A stretch of DNA of 64,000 nt from an uncultured Clostridia bacterium (lineage in GTDB: Bacteria; Bacillota; Clostridia; Christensenellales; Pumilibacteraceae). The stretch covers positions 22,043 through 86,042 of the forward strand of contig CALVTM010000005.1 in NCBI GenBank assembly GCA_944362615.1, given 5' to 3'. Position 1 is the stretch's first letter. Each line of letters opens with the position of its first letter. The translations under genes were made by a program, and so were the position numbers. Positions 1 to 10,010 of the stretch are shown here, piece by piece. The notes beneath the pieces were generated by a model. The model saw only the letters and a list, made by a program, of their open reading frames with translations, was not told the origin of the DNA and searched no databases.

Positions 1-722
1 ACCGTCTCAACGTCGCCCAAGTACATTATTGCATGATCGGCGTCCGGATAACGCAAAAAATATATTTCTTTGCTGCTTACCTGCTCTATTACGTATTTCA
101 TGCCGACGTACGGTATAAACTCGTCGAGGTCTCCCCACATTACACACAGCGGACATTTGACTTTCGGCAGATACTCGCTCGCCGTGCGCATGATCTTTGC
201 AAAAGTAAAGATATTTCTCAGACTCCAGTTGGGCAATAACCGCTTGAAAAAAATATCCAGCGCGGATGCATTTGCTTCACTGATAACTTCTACGCGCCTA
301 TCAAGCACGCCCAATAATTCTTCATCCGCGCATGCGCGCCGCAGCTTGTCAATCTTTTTCAAATAATCGTTATACTTCAGCAGTATATCCGCACGCGGAT
401 ATTTGAATGCAGGCGCATATAATATCGCCTTACGCACATTGTCGAGTTTTGCGCACACGTATACTGCCGCGCCTCCGCCCATCGAATGCCCGGCTACATC
501 CACACTGTCATACTTCTTTAAGTATTCTATCTGCTTATCCAGAGCTTCAAATACCGCCTGCTCCGTAAAATCGTTATAATGTGTTTTTTCGCCTTTCCGC
601 TCATGCCCGGGCTGCTTGAAAAGCACAACCTCGTCATACAGCGGCTGAAGTCGGGGCAGCAACTCGTCCCAGTCATCGGTACACGTTAAAAATCCATGCA
701 ACAGCAATAAAGCTTTACTCAA
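1..722 (-). CDS. alpha/beta-fold hydrolase (esterase/lipase-like); C-terminus lies beyond the window edge
   Basis: Own minus-strand translation from TTG 720-722 (GGAGGA 9 nt upstream): LSKALLLLHGFLTCTDDW...VDVAGHSMGGGAAVYV (GxSxG nucleophile elbow)...WGDLDEFIP...DADHAIMY. Not in the ORF track (TTG start, open at the edge). Confidence 0.7.
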   Translation of the reverse strand, partial: MSKALLLLHGFLTCTDDWDELLPRLQPLYDEVVLFKQPGHERKGEKTHYNDFTEQAVFEALDKQIEYLKKYDSVDVAGHSMGGGAAVYVCAKLDNVRKAILYAPAFKYPRADILLKYNDYLKKIDKLRRACADEELLGVLDRRVEVISEANASALDIFFKRLLPNWSLRNIFTFAKIMRTASEYLPKVKCPLCVMWGDLDEFIPYVGMKYVIEQVSSKEIYFLRYPDADHAIMYLGDVET

Positions 723-747
723 TATACACTTTCCTCCAAACATTCTT

Positions 748-776
748 ATTTTAATTCAAAACGCGTTGCTTGTCAA
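748..776 (-). promoter_or_regulatory. sigma-70/SigA-type promoter for the hydrolase gene
   Basis: Minus strand reads TTGACA (771-776), a 17-nt spacer, then TAAAAT (748-753), about 25 nt upstream of the TTG start. Confidence 0.6.
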
Positions 777-851
777 TACTTTTTTTTAAAAGCACACCTC
801 AAGTATATGTACAGATTACAGGTTTTTAGTCGCAAGGCGGATGCGCTGTTT

Positions 852-888
852 ATACAAAACAGCCGCGCCGTTCTCCGACGGCGCGGCT
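852..888 (-). terminator. Rho-independent terminator downstream of pyk
   Basis: Perfect 10-bp stem AGCCGCGCCG/CGGCGCGGCT (861-870/879-888) with an 8-nt loop. On the minus strand it is followed by GTTTTGTAT. Confidence 0.7.
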
Positions 889-926
889 TGCGCATTATGA
901 CTCTGTTTCAAGCTTACGACTCTGTT

Positions 927-2354
927 TCAGACTACGGATATATTGATAAGATCGCTGTTTCCGCTCTGACCGTTGGGAGTGCCGCCCGTTATGACTATCA
1001 CATCCCCTTTCGATACCAGTCCGGTCTCTCTCGCCGCACACTTTGCAAAGTGAAAGAGCACGTCCACCGAATGATACTCGTCGCTGAGCACGGGAGTGAC
1101 TCCCCAGCTGAGCGAAAGTTTGCGGTACGCACGCGGATTGGACGTCATTCCGATAATGTTCAGCATCGGGCGGAAGCGGGATACCATCATGGCGGTGGTA
1201 CCCGTGCGCGTGCATACGACTATCGCTTTTGCGTTTATATCCCCTGCAAGCGTGCATGCGGAATGGGAAAGCGCATCAGACGCTCCGCGTATCAGGTAAT
1301 CCTCCGTCCGCAGGAACTGCATGAACTGTCTGTTCTTCTCCGCCTGCATCACTATCCTGCTCATAGCCGCAACCGTCTCCACGGGATACTCGCCCGCAGC
1401 GGTCTCGCCCGAAAGCATGACCGCGCTCGTTCCGTCATACACCGCATTGGCAACGTCGGAGATCTCCGCGCGCGTCGGACGGGGTTTCGTTATCATTGAT
1501 TCCAGCATCTCCGTCGCCGTTATCACCCGCTTCCCCGCTCTGCGGCATTCGTTGATTATATACTTCTGTATATCCGGCAATTCCTCGTAAGGCACTTCCA
1601 CTCCCAGATCGCCGCGTCCTATCATGACTCCGTCGCTGACCTCGAGTATGTCACGCAGGTTATTCACTCCCGCTCTGTTCTCTATCTTAGCTATGAGATC
1701 TATATCCCGCGAACCGTGCGCATTAAGAAATCCGCGTACTTCGGCAATATCCTGCGCCTTGCTCACGAACGAACATGCTATGAAGTCTACGTCCTGCTCT
1801 ATTGCATATATAAGATCCTTTTCGTCCTGTTCGGAAAGATACTTGAGCTTCAGTTCCTTATCCGGGAAAAACATGGATTTCCGATCGGATACTTCTCCTC
1901 CTACCAGCACCTTGCAGACAACATCCGGGGCCTTTACCTCCGTAACCTCGAAAACCATCAGCCCGTTATTGAGCAATATGCGGTCTCCGGGAAGCATCTC
2001 GTCGCAAAGTCCTTTATATGATACGGTCACGCGCGTTTCGTCTCCGAGTATCTCCTCCGTCGTAAACGTAAAAGTACCGCCCTTCTTAAGACAGACCTTA
2101 CCGCCGGCAAATCTGCCTATACGGAATTCCGGTCCTTTGGTGTCCAGCATAAGAGCCACCGGCTCATTCAGCCTTTCGCGCACGCTCTTTACCGCCGCTA
2201 TCTTAACCGCATGCTCCTCATGCGAACCGTGAGACGCATTTATACGCGCCACATTCATGCCCGCCCTGACCATAGCTTCTATCGTCGCCTCGTCGCAGGA
2301 TCTGGGACCGAGCGTGCATACTATCTTCGTTCTTTTCAATACCTTTTCACTCAT
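927..2354 (-). CDS. pyk: pyruvate kinase
   Basis: 475 aa. KIVCTLGPRS N-terminus, MIGRGDLGVEVP motif, full-length PK architecture. Confidence 0.95.
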   Translation of the reverse strand: MSEKVLKRTKIVCTLGPRSCDEATIEAMVRAGMNVARINASHGSHEEHAVKIAAVKSVRERLNEPVALMLDTKGPEFRIGRFAGGKVCLKKGGTFTFTTEEILGDETRVTVSYKGLCDEMLPGDRILLNNGLMVFEVTEVKAPDVVCKVLVGGEVSDRKSMFFPDKELKLKYLSEQDEKDLIYAIEQDVDFIACSFVSKAQDIAEVRGFLNAHGSRDIDLIAKIENRAGVNNLRDILEVSDGVMIGRGDLGVEVPYEELPDIQKYIINECRRAGKRVITATEMLESMITKPRPTRAEISDVANAVYDGTSAVMLSGETAAGEYPVETVAAMSRIVMQAEKNRQFMQFLRTEDYLIRGASDALSHSACTLAGDINAKAIVVCTRTGTTAMMVSRFRPMLNIIGMTSNPRAYRKLSLSWGVTPVLSDEYHSVDVLFHFAKCAARETGLVSKGDVIVITGGTPNGQSGNSDLINISVV

Positions 2355-2474
2355 ACTGACGGCTCCCGTTGGTAATTTCCCATTCCTTCCCCGGCAATAT
2401 TTTACTATAATTCTCTTTGCGGCGCAAGCGTTTTAAGCCCTGCCGGCAGTCCGCAAGCTAAACAGTTTACCGCC

Positions 2475-2513
2475 GAAAAGCAACAAAGTGAAGTCCGTAC
2501 GGATTTCACTTTG
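2475..2513 (-). terminator. putative terminator after phoU
   Basis: 9-bp stem CAAAGTGAA/TTCACTTTG (2484-2492/2505-2513). On the minus strand it is followed by TTGCTTTTC. Confidence 0.5.
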
Positions 2514-2552
2514 CAATAAATTCTGCGGCTGCATCCCGTCTGCCGAACCGGC

Positions 2553-3191
2553 TCACTGACTTTCGTCACGTTTGCCCGTAACGACGTAATTCGTCCATTC
2601 AGCAATATTTGTCGCGTGGTCGCCTATACGCTCAAGATACTTGCCTATCATGAGACAATTCAGGATATCCTCGGTATCATCGTCCGTGCGTATGCGTTCG
2701 CTGAGCTTTATCTTGAGACTGTCGAACGCCTCGTCTACCTTATCGTCCCTCGCCTCCACTCTGCGTGCGCCTTCGACGTCGCGCCCTATGTACGCATCCC
2801 ACGCGCCTTTGATCATCACGGAGCAGCATTCGCACATAGTCGCAATTTCCTTTTCATTTGGCATGACCCGGCACTTCGATGCCGTTTCCGCTATGTCGCG
2901 TATCTGGTCGCCTATGCGCTCCATGTCGACAACTACGTTCATGACGCTCACTATGAACCTCATATCGGACGCGACAGGTTGCTGAGTAAGGAGCAGAAGA
3001 CTGCATAAACGCTCTATCTCGTCCAGTTTTCTGTCCGTGCGCTGTTCAACATTTGCCGCATCCTTGACGAAATTGCCGTTCGGCTTTATCAGCGACGCAG
3101 CTACTTCGTCAAAACCGTTTACTATAAGCCCGCCCATCTTACCGATAAGCTCTTCCAGCTCGCTGAGCTGTTGCAAATAATGAGATCTCAT
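2553..3191 (-). CDS. phoU: phosphate signalling/transport regulator PhoU
   Basis: 212 aa with two PhoU repeats ([12 protein letters not shown] and [12 protein letters not shown]). Last gene of the pst operon. Confidence 0.9.
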   Translation of the reverse strand: MRSHYLQQLSELEELIGKMGGLIVNGFDEVAASLIKPNGNFVKDAANVEQRTDRKLDEIERLCSLLLLTQQPVASDMRFIVSVMNVVVDMERIGDQIRDIAETASKCRVMPNEKEIATMCECCSVMIKGAWDAYIGRDVEGARRVEARDDKVDEAFDSLKIKLSERIRTDDDTEDILNCLMIGKYLERIGDHATNIAEWTNYVVTGKRDESQ

Positions 3192-4024
3192 CCGAACCTC
3201 CCTGAGATATATCTTTCCGTTTCGGGGTGCGTCGGGTTGGAGAACATTTTTGCCGTTTCGTCAAACTCGATGACCTTGCCGAGAAGGAAAAATGCCGTTT
3301 TATCCGAAATACGCGCCGCCTGCTGCATATTGTGCGTTACAATAACGACAGTGACCGTTTTCTTGAGCTCATCGCAAAGCTCCTCTATCTTACCCGTTGA
3401 AATCGGGTCGAGCGCGCTCGTCGGTTCGTCCATCAGAAGCACGGACGGATCTGCCGCAAGCGAACGCGCTATGCAAAGCCGCTGCTGCTGTCCGCCGCTG
3501 AGTCCGAGCGCGGACTTATTGAGTCTGTCCTTGAGCTCATCCCACATAGCCGCACGTCTGAGACTGCTCTCCACTATGTGATCGAGAGTGGCTTTGTCGC
3601 GGATACCGAACATACGCGGCGCATAAGCGACATTGTCGTAAACGCTCTTCGGAAACGGATTGGGCTTCTGGAACACCATGCCCACGTTCTTACGCAGGAT
3701 CGGAAGATCCACTCCGGGCGCGTAGATGTCCTGCCCGCCTATCTCTATCTTACCCGTTATCCTGCACCCGGGGATAAGGTCGTTCATGCGGTTCAGACTC
3801 TTTATCAGCGTGGACTTACCGCAGCCGGACGGACCTATGAACGCGGTCACCTCATTCCGCTTTACCTTCATCGATACGTCCTTTATCGCATGGAACGCCG
3901 TGTAATAAAGATCCATGTGCTCGATATCGATCACCACCTCACGATTGAAATCAAATATCGCGCTACTCGCCGCCGATTTGTCCGCTTTCACCTTCAGACC
4001 GCCGGTTTTATCTTCTCTTTGCAT
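3188..4024 (-). CDS. pstB: phosphate ABC transporter ATP-binding protein PstB
   Basis: Walker [10 protein letters not shown], signature LSGGQQQRL, Walker [13 protein letters not shown]-terminal PstB-type tail. Confidence 0.95.
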   Translation of the reverse strand: MQREDKTGGLKVKADKSAASSAIFDFNREVVIDIEHMDLYYTAFHAIKDVSMKVKRNEVTAFIGPSGCGKSTLIKSLNRMNDLIPGCRITGKIEIGGQDIYAPGVDLPILRKNVGMVFQKPNPFPKSVYDNVAYAPRMFGIRDKATLDHIVESSLRRAAMWDELKDRLNKSALGLSGGQQQRLCIARSLAADPSVLLMDEPTSALDPISTGKIEELCDELKKTVTVVIVTHNMQQAARISDKTAFFLLGKVIEFDETAKMFSNPTHPETERYISGRFG

Positions 4025-6012
4025 TTTTTAGCTCCTTTTTCCTTTTTACCGAAATACTCAATGAGTCCGAGACCCACGTATACAAGCGCCACTATGAAAA
4101 GCAGTATCACCGCTATGCCGTACGCAACGCCTATCTCCTGACCGTCGCTTGCAAGTATATACATATATACAGTCAGCGTACATGACGCGTTGCCCCTGCC
4201 TACAAGCCCTGTAGGAAGGAATGCGCGCGTCGAACCCATCGTGTATATCAGTGCGGCAGACTCGCCGACTATTCTGCCTATCGAAAGCACTGCCGCAGTG
4301 AGTATGCCCGCAAGCGCCTGCGGAAGCACAACTTTCCAGATCGTGCGGAACTTGGTCGCGCCGAGCGCAAGGCTCGCTTCACGCAGGGAGTCGGGTACGG
4401 CTATCAGGCTTTCCTCCACTGACCGGATTATCGTCGGCAGTATTATCAGCACCATTGTGAACGTACCGGCAAGTATGCAGTTGCTCATTCCCAGCGTCAC
4501 TACGAATACGATATTTCCAAACAGTCCGAAAACTATGCTGGGTACGCCGCCGAGAGTATCATTGAACAGTCTTATCGCCTTGACTATTTTGCTTCCCGGC
4601 TTTGCGTATTCATGAAGATACACAGCCGCACATATTCCGAGAGGAAGCGCTATCGCAAGCGTGAGCACGATCAGCACGAGCGTTCCGAAAAGCGCGTTAC
4701 CGAACTGAACTATATTGGATACACCGAGCTGTCCGGGCGCTCCCACGTCGAATACCGACGCAAGATTGGGCAGTCCGTTCACGAGAATGAACCCGACGAG
4801 TACCACGAGGCAAACACCCGCAAAGCACGTAAAGAAATAACATGCGTACTTCGCTATATTGCTGAACAGTCCCTTCTTTCTGTACTCGGGTACTGCCACA
4901 GCGGTTGCCCTGCTCACGACGCAAGCCGCACTGCCCGCCGCATCGCCTGCCACGCACATCACCGCTCCGCCGTCCGTCTTCGCTCTGCCCCGGCTCCTGC
5001 TCTTACCCGGCTTCCCGCCTCCGTTATTGTCTCTGTTGATCCTCGATATTATGAAATTAAGTATGAGCACGAATATCAGCAGTACAAGACCTGTCGCTAT
5101 CAGAGCGTTTCTCTGTATGCCCGATGCGTAACTCATTTCAAGAGCTATCGACGACGTCATCGTACGGATATTGGAGAACAGTCCGTCCGGGAATGACGGG
5201 GATCCGCCGCACACAAGCGCGACCGCCATCGCTTCACCTACCGCTCTGCCCGTACCCATGATAAGTCCGCTTATGATACCCGACTTTGCCGCGGGGAGCA
5301 TAACGGTGAATATCGCCTGCTCCTTAGTCATACCGAGAGCTATCGCTCCTTCATAGTAATTTGCAGGCACGCTTTCAAGCGCATTCTTGCTCATGCTCGC
5401 TATCGTCGGAAGGATCATCAGCATAAGCACCAGCATACAAGCCATTATTCCGAAACCGTTGCCCGCAAATGACCTCAGTATCGGTATTATGAATACGAGC
5501 CCGAAGAATCCGTATATAACGGAAGGAATGCCGGCGAATACGTTTATCAGCTGTACTACCACTTTCTTGAACCTTTCGGGGCACCAGTACACGACAAACA
5601 GCGCCGAACTTACGCCGAGCACGCCGCCGCAGAGCAGCGAAAGCAATGTAACAATTATCGAGCACACTATCATCGGCAATATACCGAATACCTCGCTCGC
5701 ATTGTTCGAGATCATTTCACCGGTTGCGGGATCGACTTCGAAATGATAACCGTTCGGATACCACTCGGTACCGAAAATAAACTTCAGCACGCCTATTTCA
5801 GCTAATGCGGGAATGGAGTTTATCAATATAAACACGACTATCGCCGCAACCGCAAGTATGGATATCAGCGCGCAAGCAAAGAATATCCACTTTTCCACGA
5901 GTATCTTACCGCCGCGCTTCCTTCTCTTCGCGGGTTTTTCTTCGTCCGGAGTCTTACCTCCGACTTCCCGCTCTCCGTCCGGCGCCGTAAGTATGTTTTC
6001 GTTTTCCGTCAC
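3994..6012 (-). CDS. pstCA: fused phosphate ABC transporter permease PstC-PstA (single 672-aa polypeptide)
   Basis: The N-terminal half is PstC-like and the C-terminal half PstA-like (two permease modules). They are joined by a basic Gly/Arg linker ([19 protein letters not shown]). GTG start follows GGAAGGAGG. Confidence 0.85.
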   Translation of the reverse strand: MTENENILTAPDGEREVGGKTPDEEKPAKRRKRGGKILVEKWIFFACALISILAVAAIVVFILINSIPALAEIGVLKFIFGTEWYPNGYHFEVDPATGEMISNNASEVFGILPMIVCSIIVTLLSLLCGGVLGVSSALFVVYWCPERFKKVVVQLINVFAGIPSVIYGFFGLVFIIPILRSFAGNGFGIMACMLVLMLMILPTIASMSKNALESVPANYYEGAIALGMTKEQAIFTVMLPAAKSGIISGLIMGTGRAVGEAMAVALVCGGSPSFPDGLFSNIRTMTSSIALEMSYASGIQRNALIATGLVLLIFVLILNFIISRINRDNNGGGKPGKSRSRGRAKTDGGAVMCVAGDAAGSAACVVSRATAVAVPEYRKKGLFSNIAKYACYFFTCFAGVCLVVLVGFILVNGLPNLASVFDVGAPGQLGVSNIVQFGNALFGTLVLIVLTLAIALPLGICAAVYLHEYAKPGSKIVKAIRLFNDTLGGVPSIVFGLFGNIVFVVTLGMSNCILAGTFTMVLIILPTIIRSVEESLIAVPDSLREASLALGATKFRTIWKVVLPQALAGILTAAVLSIGRIVGESAALIYTMGSTRAFLPTGLVGRGNASCTLTVYMYILASDGQEIGVAYGIAVILLFIVALVYVGLGLIEYFGKKEKGAKKCKEKIKPAV

Positions 6013-6095
6013 CTTACGCCTCCTTCCGGAGAATTCGCGGCTTCACTCATTACGCACAACATTATGAGCACTCTCCCTGTCAAAAATCTAATGAT

Positions 6096-6160
6096 ATTTT
6101 AACTTACACTTGTAAACATTTTACGTAAAATTGTAAATTATTTGTAAAATCCGTGTAAAC
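6096..6160 (-). promoter_or_regulatory. Pho-box-like direct repeats plus -10 element upstream of pstCA
   Basis: The minus strand carries TTTACA/TTTACG hexamers (plus-strand tgtaaa at 6111, 6132, 6143, 6155 and cgtaaa at 6124). The four TTTACA copies are offset by 21, 11 and 12 bp; the TTTACG copy at 6124 lies off this phase (13 and 8 bp from its neighbours). TAAAAT follows (6096-6101). Confidence 0.55.
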
Positions 6161-6395
6161 TTTACCGCCTGCCGCATTCAGACGTCAAAGCCCCGAGAAA
6201 CGCCGGACAAAAAGCAAAGCGGGCTACCGCCTGACGGAGTCCGCTTGTCTCTTTGCTTCTGCCGCCCTGACGGGCGGATAACTTTCTTAAACGATCCGTT
6301 TACGGTATCGTCTGCGGCCGCAAACACGCCCTTTCTTACCGACTGTGCGGCAGTTACGGCTGTGTTATGTAACCGGTTATTGTCCGTACGTCTTA

Positions 6396-7211
6396 TTATT
6401 TGACTGCTACGTTGCCGCTTGCAACTACTATCTCCTGACCCTCTTCGCTGAGGCAGAAGTCATAGAAATCTTTTGCGACATCGGAAAGCGTGTCATAACC
6501 GCCTGCGGGAAGGATGAGGTTGAAGTTACGCTTAAGAGTGTAAGTGCCGTCAACTACCGCCTCCGAGCTGGCTACCACACCGTTGTATGCAACAATCTTG
6601 ACATCCGAGGTGACGGAGTCGAGAGATACGTAACCGAGAGCGGTCGCGTCGCCGGTAACAGCCTTTACTACAGCGTTGTTGCTGGAAAGCTGCTGTGCGC
6701 TCTGGTCGTAGTCGGTATCAATGCCGATAGCGTCGTCAAAGCATTCGCGGGTACCCGACGCGCTGTCTCTGCCTACGCCGTGGGTGATCGTGGTGTCTGC
6801 AATCGCCGTGCCGTTTACGAAAAGCGCATTGAGCTGATCGGTCGTAACATTGGTGATCGCGTTGTCTGCATCCGCTATGATAGCAACTGCGTCTATTGCT
6901 ATCGGAGTGGCGGTAACGTCCGTACCGTCCTCAGGCTTAAGGTCGCGGGATGCAAGACCCATGTCCGCGGTGCCTTCCTTGGCTGCGGTAATGCCTGCGC
7001 CGCTTCCCGTTGCGCTGTAAGTGATCCTGACGTCTTCATGATCTTCCATGTACGCATTCATAAGATTATTGATGACCTTTTCCATAGAAGTAGATCCGTT
7101 AAGAACGATCGTCTTCGTTCCGCCGCAAGCCGTCATAGCCACGGTACCCATAACGAGGGTCGCCGTAAGAGTAAGTGCCGCAATAAAAAGTGCGATTCTC
7201 TTTGATTTCAT
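6396..7211 (-). CDS. pstS: phosphate-binding lipoprotein PstS
   Basis: 271 aa. Lipoprotein signal with Cys (VAMTACGG). PBP-type GSTSM and SGAG motifs. First gene of the pst operon. Confidence 0.9.
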   Translation of the reverse strand: MKSKRIALFIAALTLTATLVMGTVAMTACGGTKTIVLNGSTSMEKVINNLMNAYMEDHEDVRITYSATGSGAGITAAKEGTADMGLASRDLKPEDGTDVTATPIAIDAVAIIADADNAITNVTTDQLNALFVNGTAIADTTITHGVGRDSASGTRECFDDAIGIDTDYDQSAQQLSSNNAVVKAVTGDATALGYVSLDSVTSDVKIVAYNGVVASSEAVVDGTYTLKRNFNLILPAGGYDTLSDVAKDFYDFCLSEEGQEIVVASGNVAVK

Positions 7212-7240
7212 TTTTTCTTTCTCCTTGATTTTGTACCTTT

Positions 7241-7304
7241 ATTTTAGCTCTTACTTGTAACAAAATTATTTATAATTGTAACGCGCTTGTAAATTCCGTG
7301 TAAA
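7241..7304 (-). promoter_or_regulatory. Pho-box-like direct repeats plus -10 element upstream of pstS
   Basis: The minus strand carries TTTACA/GTTACA hexamers (plus-strand tgtaa at 7256, 7277, 7288, 7299; spacing 21/11/11), then TAAAAT (7241-7246). The layout closely parallels 6096-6160. Confidence 0.6.
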
Positions 7305-7384
7305 ATATAAGGGAATTTGCTTTAAAGACAAAACCGGGATGCGGATCTTTCCGCAATCCGTTATACCGCCATGCTCGTCCGGCT

Positions 7385-7419
7385 GAAAAGCGGAAAACCC
7401 GTTCCGGTTCAGGAACGGG
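7385..7419 (-). terminator. Rho-independent terminator after the MGMT-family gene
   Basis: 8-bp stem CCCGTTCC/GGAACGGG with a 6-nt loop. On the minus strand it is followed by TTTTCCGCTTTTC. Confidence 0.65.
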
Positions 7420-7459
7420 CTTTCCGAAACTGTGCAAGACTGCACGGCTCAGCCGTGCG

Positions 7460-7765
7460 TCACGCCTTGAAGTCGCCGAAAAAACATGTCATATCCGCTT
7501 TATCGCCGACGAACGGCACTCCCTCCTTTATCAGCCATTCACGCTGGACGTTTTCACCGCCGAATGCGAACGCCGGCGAAAGACTGCCGTCCGCAAATAC
7601 TACGCGGTGGCAGGGTACCACGCCGGGATAGCGGTTTGTGTGGAGCAGTCTGCCTACCTGACGCGCTCCGCGCGGACTGCCTATCGCACGCGCTATCGCC
7701 CCGTATGTCGTCACCCTGCCTGCCGGTATCTGTTTCACAATTGCAAAAACCTGTTCTGCCGTCAT
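7460..7765 (-). CDS. MGMT-family protein (stand-alone methylated-DNA-protein-cysteine methyltransferase DNA-binding domain)
   Basis: 101 aa. TTYGAIA helix-turn-helix region and a retained PCHRVV active-site motif. Confidence 0.8.
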   Translation of the reverse strand: MTAEQVFAIVKQIPAGRVTTYGAIARAIGSPRGARQVGRLLHTNRYPGVVPCHRVVFADGSLSPAFAFGGENVQREWLIKEGVPFVGDKADMTCFFGDFKA

Positions 7766-7846
7766 ATGTCACCTCTTCCGTATTATGTGCAAAAGCGCGG
7801 GACTATCATACGATCGCCTCCGCGCTTTTTATCTTCAGTGAATTTA

Positions 7847-8446
7847 TCAGAAGAAAAGGAAGAACACCGCTCCGCAATAAGAAGCTATGCCTATCAGTAT
7901 GTATCCCCAGTCGCGCAGCCATGCCCATGACGTCGCAAACGTATAAAGCAGTATGAGTATGCCCACAACGACAAGGACTATGCCCATGATCATTGCAAGC
8001 GTGTTGCTGTGACGCACCGACTGAACGATCACGTAAATGCCGTACGCTATGACCGCTATACCTATCGCAAGGTACACATACTGGGATACCGTGTTCGCCA
8101 TGACGATCAGCACAACGCCGATTATCGCCTGGATTATCCCGACGAGCAGCGTACCCATATCCGTATTTTCTTCTTTGCGAAGATAACGCACTATGGCTAC
8201 CGCGCCTATGCACACACAGAATACGCCGACTATGGTTATAGCTACCGGCGTTATATCCTGTCCGCCCTTAAAAAGCAGGCATGTGCCTATCGCCGCAAGC
8301 ATACATCCGATAAATGCGTTTATCGTAATGTTAAAATAAAACTTTGTCCTGCTCGTTCTTGCGCTCGCCGTCGTACGGCGGGGCTTACTGCTGCTGCGGC
8401 TGCTGCTGCGACTGCTGCTGCGGCTGCCGTTACTGTTTGATGCCAT
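7847..8446 (-). CDS. polytopic membrane protein with N-terminal Ser/Arg-rich tail (HdeD/DUF308-like, tentative)
   Basis: 199 aa. GSRSSSRSSSRSSSKPRR tail followed by about 6 hydrophobic helices rich in small residues. Confidence 0.6.
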   Translation of the reverse strand: MASNSNGSRSSSRSSSRSSSKPRRTTASARTSRTKFYFNITINAFIGCMLAAIGTCLLFKGGQDITPVAITIVGVFCVCIGAVAIVRYLRKEENTDMGTLLVGIIQAIIGVVLIVMANTVSQYVYLAIGIAVIAYGIYVIVQSVRHSNTLAMIMGIVLVVVGILILLYTFATSWAWLRDWGYILIGIASYCGAVFFLFF

Positions 8447-8482
8447 ATTTATCCCTCCTGCTCATATTGATCTGTTTTCGCG

Positions 8483-9250
8483 TTAATCTGCCTTGTCGTT
8501 CTCTTCGGAAGATGCGACATAGTCGAACAGCGACTGCTTGTCGCCCGACACTGTCGCGCCGGTGACCTTGGCAAGTCTGTCGCGCCAGAATTTGGCTTTG
8601 TCCTTATCCGCGACTACGCCTATGCCGTTCTCGTATATCTGGATCATTGCGTCTATCGCTTTCGGATGATCGGAAAGCGCCGCCTGGTATATCCAGTTAT
8701 AGCCTACCGTATAATCGGGAGTGATGCCGTAACCGTTTATAAGGCATACGCCGTACCAGTACTCGCCTTCGGGTATACGCGCTTCCGCCGCCGGACGCCA
8801 CCAGTTTATCGCCTCTTCCAGCATTGCGGCTGCCGCGGGAAGCTGAACGGACTTACGCAGGTAACGCATCGCCTTGACATAGTTCTTTTTTACGCCTCTG
8901 CCCTGGGCGTACATCGCTCCCAGCTCAAACATCGAATGAATGTCGCCGCCGTCCGCCGCCTTTTTGAACAGCTCGGCGGCACGCGCTTCGTCCGGCTCTC
9001 CGCCTATACCGAGAGAAAGCATCTGACCCAGCTCGTAACAACAGCCGATATGACCTTGAGCGGCTCCCTGTCCGTATCTCTCACGGGCAAGCTCGTAACT
9101 CTTCTTTACGCCTTTTCCCGAATAAAGTTTACTGCCCAGCTCGTACTGGGCTTCGGCATCGCCGCTGTCCGCCAAAGCTTCAAGGTCCTTCGGCTTCATC
9201 ATTTTATATTTATTTATATATTGTCCTATAACAGACGATATTTTGCTCAT
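8483..9250 (-). CDS. Sel1-like (SLR/TPR-family) repeat protein
   Basis: 255 aa with repeated A..Y.LG..Y..G.GV.K....A..(W/Y) units (for example AEAQYELGSKLYSGKGVKKSYELA and MFELGAMYAQGRGVKKNYVKAMRY). Confidence 0.8.
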   Translation of the reverse strand: MSKISSVIGQYINKYKMMKPKDLEALADSGDAEAQYELGSKLYSGKGVKKSYELARERYGQGAAQGHIGCCYELGQMLSLGIGGEPDEARAAELFKKAADGGDIHSMFELGAMYAQGRGVKKNYVKAMRYLRKSVQLPAAAAMLEEAINWWRPAAEARIPEGEYWYGVCLINGYGITPDYTVGYNWIYQAALSDHPKAIDAMIQIYENGIGVVADKDKAKFWRDRLAKVTGATVSGDKQSLFDYVASSEENDKAD

Positions 9251-9319
9251 AAATTCACGCTCCGGTTTTACAGCTTGTTATGATAAAAGGGACTGCGCTT
9301 TCAGGCCGTCCCTTTCCGA

Positions 9320-9796
9320 TCATGACATAGCGTCGGCATATGCATCTGCCGTACCGCAAATGACTACCTTGCCTTGACGGGAGTATGCAACGTCAGCGCT
9401 CGCGGAAAACTCGCCGCTTTCAGCCTCTTCCGCATTAGCAGGTCCGACTATCGTCGAAAGTCCATACTTAAGGAATCCGGTCTCGTCTTCCTCGTACCAG
9501 CGTATCGCATACTCTTCGGTACTGAAATACCATACCGTCACGTACTCAACTTCCGTGCCGTCCATCTTGCTTGCCTGTACGCGCGCCTGAAGTCCGGTAA
9601 TATCGTTGTTGAGCATCTGATCGACAGTGTATGCCCGCACGTTGTAGCCGTAATCCTCTCCCTGCAGCTTGGTCACCAAGTCGTTATAATCGGAGCTGAG
9701 GCATCCGGAAAAACAAACGCAGGTAATCAGCGCCACGCACAGAAGAAGCACGGGCAATATTATCCTTGTTTTCTTCATCTTTGTGTGTCCCGTCAT
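9320..9796 (-). CDS. putative lipoprotein, unknown function
   Basis: 158 aa. Signal peptide with lipobox-like FSGC. The start is uncertain (M1 at 9796 or M7 at 9778). Confidence 0.6.
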   Translation of the reverse strand: MTGHTKMKKTRIILPVLLLCVALITCVCFSGCLSSDYNDLVTKLQGEDYGYNVRAYTVDQMLNNDITGLQARVQASKMDGTEVEYVTVWYFSTEEYAIRWYEEDETGFLKYGLSTIVGPANAEEAESGEFSASADVAYSRQGKVVICGTADAYADAMS

Positions 9797-9839
9797 GCCG
9801 TTTCAGCGCGGGAACTCTCCTTAAAAATTCTTTTTTTTA

Positions 9840-10010
9840 TTACTTCTCGCTGATAGCGCCGACGGGGCATGCTGCTTCACAAGCGCCGCAATCGATGCAA
9901 GCGGATTCATCTATCTCATAGTGAGAAGCGCCTGCCGAGATTGCGCTAACGGGGCATTCGCCCTCGCAGGTACCGCACGATACGCATTCGTCCGAAATTA
10001 CTCTTGCCAT
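9840..10010 (-). CDS. 2x[4Fe-4S] ferredoxin (56 aa)
   Basis: Own translation: MARVISDECVSCGTCEGECPVSAISAGASHYEIDESACIDCGACEAACPVGAISEK. It has two CxxCxxCxxxCP motifs and GGAGGAGAATAACC precedes the ATG. It is below the ORF-track size cutoff. Confidence 0.85.
   Translation of the reverse strand: MARVISDECVSCGTCEGECPVSAISAGASHYEIDESACIDCGACEAACPVGAISEK

Noticed and set aside
6215-6290. Hairpins after pstS as a clean Rho-independent terminator.
   Set aside because: The stems are imperfect (a 5-nt bulge, or a 6-bp stem without a proper U-tract). They are mentioned only as possible attenuation within the Pho-box finding and are not listed as a feature.
9286-9315. The AAAGGGAC/GTCCCTTT hairpin downstream of the lipoprotein gene as a terminator.
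   Set aside because: It has a 14-nt loop and only a weak, interrupted T-run on the relevant strand. The evidence is too weak to list.
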